Shown here piece after piece: positions 10,201 to 19,774 of a stretch of 64,000 nt of DNA (within the stretch, counting starts at the first letter, position 1; every line of letters starts with the position of its first letter). Source of the stretch: Gammaproteobacteria bacterium (lineage in GTDB: Bacteria > Pseudomonadota > Gammaproteobacteria > UBA4575); the NCBI GenBank assembly GCA_045106935.1, contig JBGCFN010000005.1:17732-81731 (forward strand), in the 5' to 3' direction. The position numbers and the translations under genes were made by a program. A model generated the notes under the pieces. It saw only the letters and a list, made by a program, of their open reading frames with translations, did no database searches and was not told the origin of the DNA.

Positions 10201-11720
10201 TAATTGAAGCGACTGCAGACTCGGTTGAGTTGATCAGTGAGTTAGAGGATCGTTTATATTCATTAGAGTCTGTTATTGCAGATCAAGAAAGAGCTCAAAA
10301 AGATAATCAATACGCAATATTAAAAACTCGGATGATGCCAGTTGAGTCTGTTGTTGCGAGACTTAAGCGTGGCGTTCGTCAAGCAGCAAAAATTAGCGGA
10401 AAATCTGTTGAGCTAGATGTGCTGGGTGCTGACATATTATTGGATAGTAAGATTCTAAATAATCTAATTGATCCACTTATGCATTTACTAAGAAATGCTG
10501 TTGATCATGGGATTGAATCCGATGATATTCGAGAAGCTGCAGGTAAATCATTGCCTGGAAAAATAAAATTATCGTTTACCCAAGTAGGTGAAAAGCTAGA
10601 AATAAATTGCCAAGACGACGGTAAAGGATTAAACGTACAAGATATTAAAGCGCGTGCCATTGATAAAGGCATGATTCTCAATGAGCAAGAACTAACTGAT
10701 GAAGAAATACATCAGATCATTATGCAACATGGTTTCTCTACGCGTGATGAAGTGACTCAGCTTTCAGGGCGTGGCGTAGGCATGGATGTGGTTTATTCTA
10801 ATATTAAAGACCTGAATGGTTCGGTTAAAATTAGTTCGGAATGGGGCAATGGTATGGATGTTGAGCTGTCGTTGCCAGTATCCTTGTTAACAGCACATGC
10901 CTTATTAATTCCTACAGTATCAGGGTCTATGGCTATCTCTGCCAGTGCGATTGAGGAAATTCTTCACGTTAATATCAATGACCTTAAAGAATCAGAGCAG
11001 GGCTTGACTATCCAGGTGGAGGATGAAGAATATCCAGCCGTACACCTTGAGCAACTATTAGAAATGCGTTTATCTGCTTCTAAGGATAAAGAAAGCTACA
11101 CGGCGTTATTAGTTAACGAATTTGGCAGACAGAAGAAAGTTGTATTAGTGAGTGAAATACAAAGTGTTCGCGATATTATTATTAAACCGCTTAGTCAGTA
11201 TTTGCCTAAAGTAGTTGGCTTGGTTGGTGCAACAGTACTTGGAAACGGTGACATTGCCCCAGTTGTTGATGTGGCTGATCTATTGTCTAAACAATCTAAT
11301 ATTGTTGGTAAGCTTGATATTGAACATGCTGGAGAAATAGAAGAGATACATCAGGCCAGTGTGCTAGTAGTGGAAGACTCAATCAGTACTCGCCGGTCTC
11401 TTGCTGAGTTTATGCAAGATTTAAATTACAAAGTGCTGACTGCTAAAGATGGCGTAGAAGCTATTGAAATTATGCGTGACCATTCACCAACGTTATTGTT
11501 GACTGATCTAGAAATGCCTCGCATGAATGGGCTAGAGTTAACTTCTTATGTTCGTTCACACGATGAGACAAAAGATATTCCCATTATTATGCTAACGTCT
11601 CGCACAACAGAAAAGCATCGTAAAGAAGCTAAGTCTATTGGCGTCAATGAATATCTAGCTAAGCCATTTGTTGAAGATTTATTACTAGAAAAAGTACAAA
11701 GTCTAGCCAGTCATAAATAA
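7221..11720 (+). CDS. chpA: ChpA-like multidomain hybrid histidine kinase (CheA family: Hpt, acidic repeat linker, HATPase, CheW-like, C-terminal receiver)
   Basis: 1499 aa. Hpt motif AQRIAHTIKGAANTVGI, an HATPase_c region (LMHLLRNAVDHGIES...GRGVGMDVV), a CheW-like region and a C-terminal REC (VLVVEDSISTRR...LLLTDLEMPRMNGLEL...IIMLTSR...LAKPF). Confidence 0.85.
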   Translation: MQKIDQEKLSEFTSELSTFQTEASKTASIDVYDRFTISKLEDHVVDLCQLSIDASHSGLQYLCERLRDNIRDHFITGTNISNDEFSLMTEWKSLVKAYLIDNENEQIVNALARNLSKSAWTYPLNSNDTEDVISVLLGRSTLNENDDFTSSQEPSNEEVSSFDALMEESNTSLADVFESLGEDDNEDESEISPFEDDESSIAAFFEEDDSFEASKIIENELNSRLNENHAITSDNNELPAVGDPVADSFANDLSSENSPIEKVEVSKQELEDIEKSVPETVADELFVADEHAHESDYNEEFDKDLSSAEEALAETADSSIEKVEVSKQELEDIEKSTAMSVADELYVADKSDNELSFDSPDSSIDEIEEIDQVHEDDSEVVVGLNTEEINVNDISDDNHEKNQSAEDEPETVYMQPVNQKPEASRSVIESYMGAISNKGNNTSEKEKQPEIEVSSKDDNQEDIVARVEESSVEEDSNSELSQQKPSEGNLLNAQAVEPVSTKTEAPRSIIEAYVGVIADKIRGNKPKELERALIQDAPKPVPIQKLEPVDSILLKYPDWSEEQKELLSLILSEVHDVIDQQDEVLSVLHQEKIVEQDVLDMIALYSEQIERMGSAAEMVGLDALQKLCELIDFHFGDLEKSSIEMIVSSEQRIRKWPFIVYEYLKNIQNEKSHQEAIDYISDDDWARTIREDIKSDLKEAFAHSTIHIEKTEEDRRNTEASPQDVDISVPEDVQAELLDGLLQELPRQTEEFSEAIQQLIKSDYINQLEVAQRIAHTIKGAANTVGIVGVATLTHHLEDILQALSKVQAKPSGDLHAGLIDASDCLEQMTECLLGQGDQPEDALQIMQVVLDWANYIDEFGVPEDDADKSVPATNVEQSVQDQKVDVEENKSKAKPSQDASLRVPANMIDELINQSGESIIATSQMHENVDKLLASMRDIKKNKDNVYSLSQQLEHLIDVQGASDKFSNNKEDEKFDSLELDQYNELHTYSRRLIEATADSVELISELEDRLYSLESVIADQERAQKDNQYAILKTRMMPVESVVARLKRGVRQAAKISGKSVELDVLGADILLDSKILNNLIDPLMHLLRNAVDHGIESDDIREAAGKSLPGKIKLSFTQVGEKLEINCQDDGKGLNVQDIKARAIDKGMILNEQELTDEEIHQIIMQHGFSTRDEVTQLSGRGVGMDVVYSNIKDLNGSVKISSEWGNGMDVELSLPVSLLTAHALLIPTVSGSMAISASAIEEILHVNINDLKESEQGLTIQVEDEEYPAVHLEQLLEMRLSASKDKESYTALLVNEFGRQKKVVLVSEIQSVRDIIIKPLSQYLPKVVGLVGATVLGNGDIAPVVDVADLLSKQSNIVGKLDIEHAGEIEEIHQASVLVVEDSISTRRSLAEFMQDLNYKVLTAKDGVEAIEIMRDHSPTLLLTDLEMPRMNGLELTSYVRSHDETKDIPIIMLTSRTTEKHRKEAKSIGVNEYLAKPFVEDLLLEKVQSLASHK
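7994..8270 (+). repeat. two roughly 95-bp direct repeats, about 85-90% identical, 180 bp apart, inside the chpA acidic linker (encoding SIEKVEVSKQELEDIEKS...VADEL.VAD)
   Basis: Units at about 7994-8090 and 8174-8270 align base for base (ccattgaaaaagttgaagt[c/g]tctaagcaagagcttgaaga[c/t]attgagaaaagt...). A second diverged pair lies at about 8480-8540 and 8730-8790, encoding EA(S/P)RS(V/I)IE(S/A)Y.G.I. Confidence 0.8.
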
Positions 11721-11840
11721 GTCTTTATTGATCTCCAGTATTGGTGGTGATTATTTCTACTTTTATGAGTGCTTCATTTGGTTTTACTATATTCTGTCAC
11801 ATCTCATAACTGTATAATTCGTTCTTCTAATCTTCATTAA

Positions 11841-11917
11841 GCGCCCGTAGCTCAGCTGGATAGAGTACCTGGCTTCGAACCAGGTGGTCGGGAGTTCGAA
11901 TCTCTCCGGGCGCGCCA
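11841..11917 (+). tRNA. tRNA-Arg (anticodon UCG by my reading of loop CUUCGAA)
   Basis: Cloverleaf GCGCCCG-UA-GCUC-AGCUGGAUA-GAGU-A-CCUGG-CUUCGAA-CCAGG-UGGUC-GGGAG-UUCGAAU-CUCUC-CGGGCGC-G-CCA. It closely resembles enterobacterial tRNA-Arg(ACG) except for the anticodon. Confidence 0.8.
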
Positions 11918-12077
11918 TCTAGGTAATTGACTAATTTAATATCATATTTTTGGATTAATCACCTAGATCCAAGATAAATATTTATCAAAGTGATTAATAA
12001 GCAATAGATTAATTGTCATAAAAAGTATATTTTCTATTCATACTAATAATAAAATTGTGGGTGGAGAATAAAGCCCT

Positions 12078-13763
12078 ATGTATGGAGAGTTCTTCAATAT
12101 AGATGAAAGTGCATTTTCTATTGCGCCAAATCCTAAATATTTATTCTTAAGTCCTCAGCATCAAGAAGCGCTTGCGCATTTGCTGTATGGGATTACTCGT
12201 GCAGGTGGTTTTGTACTTCTTACAGGTGATATTGGTACAGGTAAGACGACAGTTTGTCGCAGTTTATTTTCAGAAATTCCTGAGAATACTGATATTGCAT
12301 TAATTGTTAACCCAAAGTTAAATTCTGATGACTTGTTAGCTTCGATTTGTGATGAGTTTGATATCACATATCCAGAATACCAACTTTCCTCTAAAACTTA
12401 TCTGAATAAATTAAATGAGCGTTTGATTCAGTCTCATGCTGATGGACGTAACACGATTCTGATAGTGGATGAGGCGCAAAATCTTAGTATTGATGCACTT
12501 GAAACAATTCGCGTATTAACTAATCTTGAAACTGATGAACAAAAATTATTGCAAATTATTTTGATTGGTCAGCCAGAATTGAGGAATCGGCTTAGAGCGC
12601 CAGAAATGGAGCAATTAAATCAACGTATAACTGCTCGCTTTCATTTGCAGGCGCTGACTAAACAAGAAGTTTCAGATTATATAGAGCATCGGTTAAATGT
12701 GGCAGGGAGTGATCCAGAATTATTTAGTCCAAGTAATATTAATTACATATATCGAAAAACGAATGGCATTCCTCGTCTTATCAATGTGCTTTGTGATAGG
12801 TCGTTACTTGGTGCATTTGTATTAAAGAAAAAAATTATAAGCAACGACATAATTGATAAAGCTGCGGAAGAGTCTTTGGGCGTTAACAATAACCATGTCA
12901 GTTTTTCGAAATTTACAAATATCGCTAAATGGCTAGTATTGTTATTACTGGTAGCAGCAACATTATGGGTGATGCTTCATGATAATCAATCTGCTCAAAA
13001 CATAGTCGAAGAAAATAATCTATCTAAGAATCCGCCTCAAGATGAAAAAGTGTTGGTGGAAAAAGTAACAATAGAAGATGAAGGAAAAATTATTGACCAG
13101 CCCCTAAAATCACCTTTGATGCCAAAAGCCGCTAAGGTAGAGCCTTTAATTATAAAAGATCAAGTGAAGATGGAGTCCGCAGTTGAATTATCAATGCAAG
13201 AGTGGGCATACCAACAGTTATTGGCGAGCTGGGGTGTCGATTATTCAAATACTCAAGAGTCTGCTTGTGATGTGGTTGAACGAAATGGCTTGCAATGTTT
13301 TTCTGGTGTTGGAGATATCCATATGCTTCAACGCTTGAATAGGCCTGTAATTCTAAAGAATAGAATCTCAGAAAATGAAACCTCTTATTTGTTCATCAAG
13401 GGAATTGATAAAAGTGATGCCATAGTTTTAGATCAATCAGGAGAATACAGGGTTAGTTGGTTAGAGTTAGCTAATTCATGGCAAGGTGAGTTTGAATTAT
13501 TATGGAAGCCTTTGGCAAAGATTAAATATATTCGGCCCGGTGCAGAAGGAGATTTCGCAAATGAGATAGACCGTAATCTTTCAAGGTTGATGAATCGATC
13601 GCCTAGTTGGGAAGATGTTAAACGTTATGATTTATCTCTTGTGGAAGAAGTAAGAGCGTTTCAGCGAGCCCAAAAAATTGCTGCAGATGGGGTGATTGGA
13701 CCTTTAACTCAAATTTATATGAATAATTTAGTTAATGCAGATGTCCCAAGGTTACGTAAATAA
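12078..13763 (+). CDS. gspA: GspA/ExeA-type AAA ATPase with C-terminal peptidoglycan-binding domain
   Basis: Walker A LLTGDIGTGKTT, an ExeA-like N-terminus (FSIAPNPKYLFLSPQHQEALAHLLYGI), a TM segment and a C-terminal PG_binding_1-like region (RAFQRAQKIAADGVIGPLT). Confidence 0.8.
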   Translation: MYGEFFNIDESAFSIAPNPKYLFLSPQHQEALAHLLYGITRAGGFVLLTGDIGTGKTTVCRSLFSEIPENTDIALIVNPKLNSDDLLASICDEFDITYPEYQLSSKTYLNKLNERLIQSHADGRNTILIVDEAQNLSIDALETIRVLTNLETDEQKLLQIILIGQPELRNRLRAPEMEQLNQRITARFHLQALTKQEVSDYIEHRLNVAGSDPELFSPSNINYIYRKTNGIPRLINVLCDRSLLGAFVLKKKIISNDIIDKAAEESLGVNNNHVSFSKFTNIAKWLVLLLLVAATLWVMLHDNQSAQNIVEENNLSKNPPQDEKVLVEKVTIEDEGKIIDQPLKSPLMPKAAKVEPLIIKDQVKMESAVELSMQEWAYQQLLASWGVDYSNTQESACDVVERNGLQCFSGVGDIHMLQRLNRPVILKNRISENETSYLFIKGIDKSDAIVLDQSGEYRVSWLELANSWQGEFELLWKPLAKIKYIRPGAEGDFANEIDRNLSRLMNRSPSWEDVKRYDLSLVEEVRAFQRAQKIAADGVIGPLTQIYMNNLVNADVPRLRK

Positions 13764-13766
13764 ATT

Positions 13767-14603
13767 ATGTCTTATATCTTAGAAGCGATTAAAAAGGCAG
13801 AAAGTGAGCGAGGTGAGACTCGTTTGTATGAAACTAATCGCCTTGATACTTCTCCGCAAGTGGCTAAGCAGATTCCTTGGGTTGCTATTGCAATTTTCAT
13901 CAATGCAGCAATCTTATTAATTTGGATAGGCATTCAGATATATTCTAATCATGCTAGTGAAGAGAACATTACTGTGAATGCGTTGGATAACACCAATCTT
14001 CAAAATCAGGTGGTTAATCCTGCTCAATCAATAGTGTCAACGGAAAAGGATTTTCAAGAGACCCCAACAGAAAAAAATGATTCATTAGATGCTATGTCTT
14101 CATCTAAACAGATCACTAATGATACGGCTTATAAAAAGCCTCGTTTTGTTAGTGAACCAATCAAAAATGAAATTCCTGCAGTTAAACCTATAAATGTTGA
14201 AAAAATAGCGACAATAGATAAAAAAATAATACCTGCAAAAGTAGCGCCATTACCAGAACGCGAAGATATGACATCAAGCATCAGCGAAGAATTGATGGTT
14301 AAAGAAGAAACAGCCGGTACAGAATTGCCTGCAGAAGTACACATTGATAAAGAGATTCCCATTGTTGAGAATACCAATGTGCCTCACTTTAATGAGTTGC
14401 CTTATCCGTTACAACAAAGAATTCCAGATATTTCAATTAGTGTGCATATTTATAATGTCGTTAAAAATGCAAGAAAAGTACGTGTAAACGGTAGGTTATT
14501 GCATCAAGGGGATGCCGTTAACGATGGTCTTATTATTCAGGAAATAACCACATATGGTGTAATATTTAATTATGAAGGTGAGTTATTTAAGATGCCTCTG
14601 TAG
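13767..14603 (+). CDS. gspB: GspB/ExeB-like T2SS accessory protein
   Basis: The GspB-type N-terminus MSYILEAIKKAESERGE is followed by one TM. It lies immediately after gspA. Confidence 0.55.
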   Translation: MSYILEAIKKAESERGETRLYETNRLDTSPQVAKQIPWVAIAIFINAAILLIWIGIQIYSNHASEENITVNALDNTNLQNQVVNPAQSIVSTEKDFQETPTEKNDSLDAMSSSKQITNDTAYKKPRFVSEPIKNEIPAVKPINVEKIATIDKKIIPAKVAPLPEREDMTSSISEELMVKEETAGTELPAEVHIDKEIPIVENTNVPHFNELPYPLQQRIPDISISVHIYNVVKNARKVRVNGRLLHQGDAVNDGLIIQEITTYGVIFNYEGELFKMPL

Positions 14604-14727
14604 ACACTGAATATTCTATGAGCATAAAGATGGTCGCTGAGAAAAGTGGTTATATGATTAAGATGTGGTCATTTTCTGAGTTATACTAAAATTAATTATA
14701 AGAAAATCAGTATTTAAAAGTATCTTT

Positions 14728-16575
14728 ATGTCTTTGATATATGATTCACTAAAGCAAGCGCAGCAGAAAAGAAAATCTAATCACTTAGATAATGCGTCTG
14801 CTGTGTCTTCAATTAATGAAGATAATCTTATGAATATATCTAGTTCCGAAGATAATTCAATTTCTATACCTAGTGAACCTATGGATAAGCAAGCTTTGCA
14901 AGAACAGTTGATTCAATCGCTTAAACGCAAAAATATTGTGTCAGACAGTGATGTCGCTAATGTTCAACGTATGTGTGATGAAAAACCAGAAGCATCTTTT
15001 TTATCACTGCTTGCAAGAATGGGCATTGCCAGTGATGCCGATATTGCAGAGGTGCTTAGTGATGTATTAGATCTGCCTTTAGCAACTAAAGCAGAATTTC
15101 CTGTTGAAAATATTACGGGGGAATTAATTTCTCAAAGATTCTTAAAAGATCAGAATGTCATTCCTTTAATGATAGACGAGCAACAGGTGCTCGTTGCCAT
15201 GTCGGATCCGACTGATATTGAAACACAACAAGCAATCTCTATGGCGTGTGACCGCGCTATAGATGTCAAAGTCGGTATAGCTTCAGAGATAAACAGCAGC
15301 ATAGATGTGTTATTTGGTGACCGTGCATCGCAGATGGATCAAATACTTGATGATGTTGCGCTGGAAGAGATATCAGATGAAGAAGTTGATCACCTAAAAG
15401 ACTTGGCAAGTGAGGCTCCAGTTATCCGTTTGGTAAATTTGTTGATTCAGCGCGCTGTTGAGCAACATGCATCTGATATTCATATCGAACCTTTTGAAGG
15501 CCAATTAAAAGTGCGCTATAGAATAGACGGCGTGCTTAAAGAGGTTGAATCACCCTCTAAACAATTTGCTGCAGCGATTATTTCGCGTATTAAAATCATG
15601 GCGAAATTAGACATTGCAGAAAGAAGGCTGCCTCAAGATGGAAGAATTCGCACTCGCATGCAAGGGGTGGATTTTGATATGCGAATATCAACAATACCAA
15701 CAATGCATGGTGAAAGTGTTGTCATTCGTTTGTTAAATCAAGAAAGCGTTGTCCTCAATTTTGAATCATTAGGGTTTAGTCAAGATGTTCAAAATGCCTT
15801 GGAAGAGGTATTACGAATGCCTCATGGGATGGTGTTAATCACGGGTCCGACAGGAAGTGGCAAGACAACCTCATTATATACAGCACTGAATATGCTGAAT
15901 GAACCCAATAGAAAAATTATTACCGTCGAGGATCCGATTGAGTATCAGCTTGAAGGAATTAATCAGATCCAAGCAAAATCTTCTATAGGGTTAACTTTCG
16001 CCAGTGCGCTTAGATCAATAGTTCGTCAAGACCCAGATGTCATTATGGTGGGCGAAATGAGAGATCTAGAAACCGCAGAAATCTGTATTAAATCAGCCTT
16101 GACCGGACATTTAGTACTGTCAACATTACATACGAATGATGCTGCCTCGTCTATCACAAGATTAATAGAAATGCGGGTAGAAGATTATCTGTTAACCTCA
16201 ACATTAAATGCCGTTATTGCTCAACGTCTGGTGCGTGTGCTTTGTAAACACTGCAAACAAACGCAACCGATTTCGCAGAAGCTATTAGATGAATGTGAAA
16301 AAAACCATATTAATGTGAATGGTGAATCGCAAATTTGCGTTGCTGATGGCTGTGCAGAATGTGGAGGAACCGGTTATTCAGGTAGAATTTGTATTGTTGA
16401 AGTTCTTCGATTAGACGAAGATATAAAGAAGAAAATTTTAGAACGTGTCGATGCGGGTGAGTTACAGCGTTTTGCAGTTGAACAAGGAATGCAAACCATG
16501 TATCAAGATGGCCTTGCGAAAGTATTGCAAGGTGTCACTACACTTGAAGAAGTGACTCGAGTGACCCAAGAGTAA
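14728..16575 (+). CDS. gspE: type II secretion ATPase GspE (the annotated start may be too far upstream; an alternative start is the ATG at about 14881)
   Basis: Walker A GPTGSGKTT, Asp/His boxes and a C-terminal tetracysteine CKHC...CAECGGTG. The N1E-like region starts near residue 80. Confidence 0.9.
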   Translation: MSLIYDSLKQAQQKRKSNHLDNASAVSSINEDNLMNISSSEDNSISIPSEPMDKQALQEQLIQSLKRKNIVSDSDVANVQRMCDEKPEASFLSLLARMGIASDADIAEVLSDVLDLPLATKAEFPVENITGELISQRFLKDQNVIPLMIDEQQVLVAMSDPTDIETQQAISMACDRAIDVKVGIASEINSSIDVLFGDRASQMDQILDDVALEEISDEEVDHLKDLASEAPVIRLVNLLIQRAVEQHASDIHIEPFEGQLKVRYRIDGVLKEVESPSKQFAAAIISRIKIMAKLDIAERRLPQDGRIRTRMQGVDFDMRISTIPTMHGESVVIRLLNQESVVLNFESLGFSQDVQNALEEVLRMPHGMVLITGPTGSGKTTSLYTALNMLNEPNRKIITVEDPIEYQLEGINQIQAKSSIGLTFASALRSIVRQDPDVIMVGEMRDLETAEICIKSALTGHLVLSTLHTNDAASSITRLIEMRVEDYLLTSTLNAVIAQRLVRVLCKHCKQTQPISQKLLDECEKNHINVNGESQICVADGCAECGGTGYSGRICIVEVLRLDEDIKKKILERVDAGELQRFAVEQGMQTMYQDGLAKVLQGVTTLEEVTRVTQE

Positions 16576-16581
16576 CTTTGC

Positions 16582-17799
16582 GTGCCAACGTTTGAATATA
16601 AAGCGACAACCGAAGATGGCAAGCTGCTATCTGGTCAGCGTGAAAGTAATGATAAGGCTTCCTTGATCTTATGGCTGCAAGAGTCAAATTATATTCCAAT
16701 TAGTGTTGAAGAAGTTAATGCCAACAGCTTAGCCGTTGGAAAATCGTTAGGTCTTCTAAAATCCAATCAACTGACAAATAACCAAGTTCTAGAAATTACT
16801 GAGCAACTGAGTACATTGATTCGCTCAAAGCTGCCACTTGATCACGCTTTGAAAATATTACAACAAATATCTGAACATAAGAATGTAAAAGAGTTAATAG
16901 GAAAATTGCTAGAGAGTGTTCAAGCGGGAAATGAATTTTCCACGGCGCTAGAAGAGCAAAAAGAATTCAGTCCATTCTATATCAATATGATTAGAGCTTC
17001 AGAAGCTAGTGGAAATCTTGATAGTGGGTTGAATCAGTTATATCGATACTTAGATAGTGCTAAGCAAATTCGTGATAAATTGAAATCCGCGTTATTGTAT
17101 CCATTGATACTATTGATAGTGGCAGGTGCATCGATCGTATTAATTCTCTTATTTGTCGTGCCTAAAATTACAGAATTATTTGTAGGCACGGATCAAGCGC
17201 TACCTATACCCACGCAAATAGTCATTGGTATGTCTAATGCGGTCATCGATTATTGGTGGATCATTCCAATCTGTATTGTCATGATTCTGTATTATTTGAA
17301 GTTTATCAGCATGTATGCGCATAGAAAGCGCCCGTGGCACAATTTGTTATTAAAGACCCCGTTAATAAAAGATTTAATCATACGCACTGAAACTGCTAAA
17401 TTTTCTAAAAGCTTGGGGACGTTGATTTCAAATGGTGTCAATATGCAAACTGCATTGCCGATTGCGAATGCTACGCTGACCAATGTTGTTTTTCATGAGA
17501 GTATGAAAGAGGCAATTGAGGAATTCAAAGAAGGTAAGTCTCTATTCGGTATTATGAGTAAAGTGAAACACTTTCCTACTTTGGCGGTCCAAATGATTAA
17601 TGTGGGTGAAGAAACAGGCGAATTAGAATCAATGCTGACGAGAGTAGGAGAGATTTATGATCGTGAAATCTCAAATGCCACTCAGCGATTTTTGGCTTTG
17701 TTAGAGCCGCTGTTAATAGTCACCTTAGGAATAATGATTGGTGGCATTATAATTTCAATTTTAATGGCGATTATCAGTGTCAATGATATACCGTTGTAA
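16582..17799 (+). CDS. gspF: T2SS inner-membrane platform protein GspF
   Basis: 405 aa with three TMs and a duplicated GspF domain. It directly follows gspE. Confidence 0.9.
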   Translation: MPTFEYKATTEDGKLLSGQRESNDKASLILWLQESNYIPISVEEVNANSLAVGKSLGLLKSNQLTNNQVLEITEQLSTLIRSKLPLDHALKILQQISEHKNVKELIGKLLESVQAGNEFSTALEEQKEFSPFYINMIRASEASGNLDSGLNQLYRYLDSAKQIRDKLKSALLYPLILLIVAGASIVLILLFVVPKITELFVGTDQALPIPTQIVIGMSNAVIDYWWIIPICIVMILYYLKFISMYAHRKRPWHNLLLKTPLIKDLIIRTETAKFSKSLGTLISNGVNMQTALPIANATLTNVVFHESMKEAIEEFKEGKSLFGIMSKVKHFPTLAVQMINVGEETGELESMLTRVGEIYDREISNATQRFLALLEPLLIVTLGIMIGGIIISILMAIISVNDIPL

Positions 17800-17822
17800 T
17801 AAAGAAAGAGGAGGATATCTCT

Positions 17823-18254
17823 ATGAAACAGAACAAGAATAATAGTAAATCGTACGGTTTTACCTTGATTGAATTATTAGTTGTACTCGTAATTTTAGGG
17901 TTACTGTCTGGATTAGTGGGGCCTAAAGTAATGAAGCATTTTGGAGAGTCCAAAGTTAAAACAGCTAAATTACAGGTGGAAGAATTAGCGTCGGCGCTTG
18001 ATATGTATAAGCTCGATACAGATAGCTACCCTACATCTAGTCAAGGTTTGCGTGCGTTGGTAGAGGAGCCGAGTAATGTCGCTGGCTGGAATGGCCCATA
18101 TTTGCGTAAAAACTTCGTGCCTAAAGATCCATGGAAACGGGAATACCAATATAAATATCCTGGTGAACATGGCGAATTTGATATTTATAGTTATGGTGCT
18201 GATAACTCTCAGGGTGGGGAAAAAGATAACCGTGACGTTGTTAGTTGGAATTAA
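17823..18254 (+). CDS. gspG: major pseudopilin GspG
   Basis: Prepilin peptidase site G/FTLIELLVVLVILGLL and a GspG-like body. Confidence 0.9.
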   Translation: MKQNKNNSKSYGFTLIELLVVLVILGLLSGLVGPKVMKHFGESKVKTAKLQVEELASALDMYKLDTDSYPTSSQGLRALVEEPSNVAGWNGPYLRKNFVPKDPWKREYQYKYPGEHGEFDIYSYGADNSQGGEKDNRDVVSWN

Positions 18255-18272
18255 TTATTTTATATCAATAAT

Positions 18273-18746
18273 GTGTCAAAATTTATTTATCCAAGAAGCA
18301 AAGGGTTTGCTAATCACTTAGGCTTTACATTAGTTGAGTTACTCGTAGTGCTAGTGATTTCGCTGTCTGTTATTAGTATTTCAACTGTTGCTTATAATAA
18401 ATTATCAACGAATGCGTATTTAAAAAGCGCTTCGCGACATGTGGCGGCTAGTCTGAGGTATGCGCGAAGTTATGCTGTGTCTCGTGGAAAAGAGGCGCAC
18501 TTGAAAATTGATTTAGTAAATAGAACGTATTCCTATACTGGCAATAGTAAGGTATTTAAATTTAAAAATAACATCGACTTGGAAGTGTATTCTGCCAAGA
18601 CATTTAATCAATCTAACAATATCGCTGAAATTAGATTTGCACCCGATGGCAGTTCATCTGGTGGACGAGTAAAGTTATCAAGTAGCAAAAAAGTCTATGT
18701 TATATATGTAGACTGGTTGACAGGTCAGGTTGGGTTTGATGGGTAG
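18273..18746 (+). CDS. gspH: minor pseudopilin GspH
   Basis: N-terminal GFTLVELLVVLVIS prepilin motif, in the pseudopilin order. Confidence 0.7.
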   Translation: MSKFIYPRSKGFANHLGFTLVELLVVLVISLSVISISTVAYNKLSTNAYLKSASRHVAASLRYARSYAVSRGKEAHLKIDLVNRTYSYTGNSKVFKFKNNIDLEVYSAKTFNQSNNIAEIRFAPDGSSSGGRVKLSSSKKVYVIYVDWLTGQVGFDG

Positions 18747-19143
18747 CTTGAATGCCTATAAAGATTCTCAACGAGGGTTTACTTTACTTGAGACTTTAGT
18801 TGCCTTGTCTGTACTGGCTATTTCTCTCGGAGTCATTTATCAGATATTTGGAACAAGCTTGCGTAACATGCAATACGCAAAGGAATATTCTTATGCGCAA
18901 TTATTTGCAGAATCTAAAATTTCAGAGCTAGGGAAGGGAATTCCTATTGCAGAAGGCACATTTGGCGGAGAAATTGATGGTAAATATGAGTGGGAAATTA
19001 GTATAGCGCCTGAATCTGCGTTGAATCATTCTGATAAGAATATTATTCATGCCTATAAAGTATTGTTTAGCATTCAATGGGATTCGTACGGTAAAGATAG
19101 GTCGATCAAAGTGCTGACTTATAAGTTAGCGGTAGAAGGGTGA
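18730..19143 (+). CDS. gspI: minor pseudopilin GspI
   Basis: RGFTLLETLVALSVLAI prepilin motif. Overlaps gspH by 17 nt. Confidence 0.7.
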   Translation: MGLMGSLNAYKDSQRGFTLLETLVALSVLAISLGVIYQIFGTSLRNMQYAKEYSYAQLFAESKISELGKGIPIAEGTFGGEIDGKYEWEISIAPESALNHSDKNIIHAYKVLFSIQWDSYGKDRSIKVLTYKLAVEG

Positions 19144-19147
19144 CGCA

Positions 19148-19774
19148 GTGAAAAATCATCGACGTCAAACTGGATTTACTTTGGTGGAGCTGATTATTGC
19201 TTTATTGATCTTAAGTTTTGTTATGGTGTTGTGTGGTAGTGGGTTTAGGTTTGGTACGCGTGTGTGGGATGCGATTAACACTACGTCTGCTCAAGTTGAT
19301 TTGCTGCAAGCATCACAAGGCTTTTTGAGAAAAAGTATTTCTCATTCCTTGATACATGAAAATTTATTTAGTGAAGAAGAGCAATATCAACAATCTCTTT
19401 TTTTAGGTGAAAGCACCAGATTGAAGTATGTGTCATATTCTCCTAAATATGGAGTGGATGATTTTTTATATAGATATGAGTTGTTTTATAATGATGCCAC
19501 CGATCATTTATCGCTTAAGTATGGCCCATATAATTTAGGAGGAATTGATAAGGATAATTCCATCACTGACATTGTAAAAAATGTCGAAGATGTAGAGATT
19601 CAATATTTTAGTGGTTATGCCCATCAAGGTGACGGAAGTGGTTGGCTTTCTAAATGGGATGACACATATTCATTGCCGCTACTGGTCAAAATTAAAGTCA
19701 CTTTTGTAGATGAAAAATTATATTGGCCAGAAATGATTATTCAAATGCGTAACGGTCCTTATGTGGTTCGTTAG
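19148..19774 (+). CDS. gspJ: minor pseudopilin GspJ
   Basis: TGFTLVELIIALLILS prepilin motif, about 208 aa. Confidence 0.7.
   Translation: MKNHRRQTGFTLVELIIALLILSFVMVLCGSGFRFGTRVWDAINTTSAQVDLLQASQGFLRKSISHSLIHENLFSEEEQYQQSLFLGESTRLKYVSYSPKYGVDDFLYRYELFYNDATDHLSLKYGPYNLGGIDKDNSITDIVKNVEDVEIQYFSGYAHQGDGSGWLSKWDDTYSLPLLVKIKVTFVDEKLYWPEMIIQMRNGPYVVR

Noticed and set aside
11721-12077. tRNA-Arg as the attachment site of a mobile island carrying the T2SS
   Set aside because: No integrase, no direct repeat of the tRNA 3' end and no transposase anywhere in the window. Noted only as possible context, not as a mobile element.
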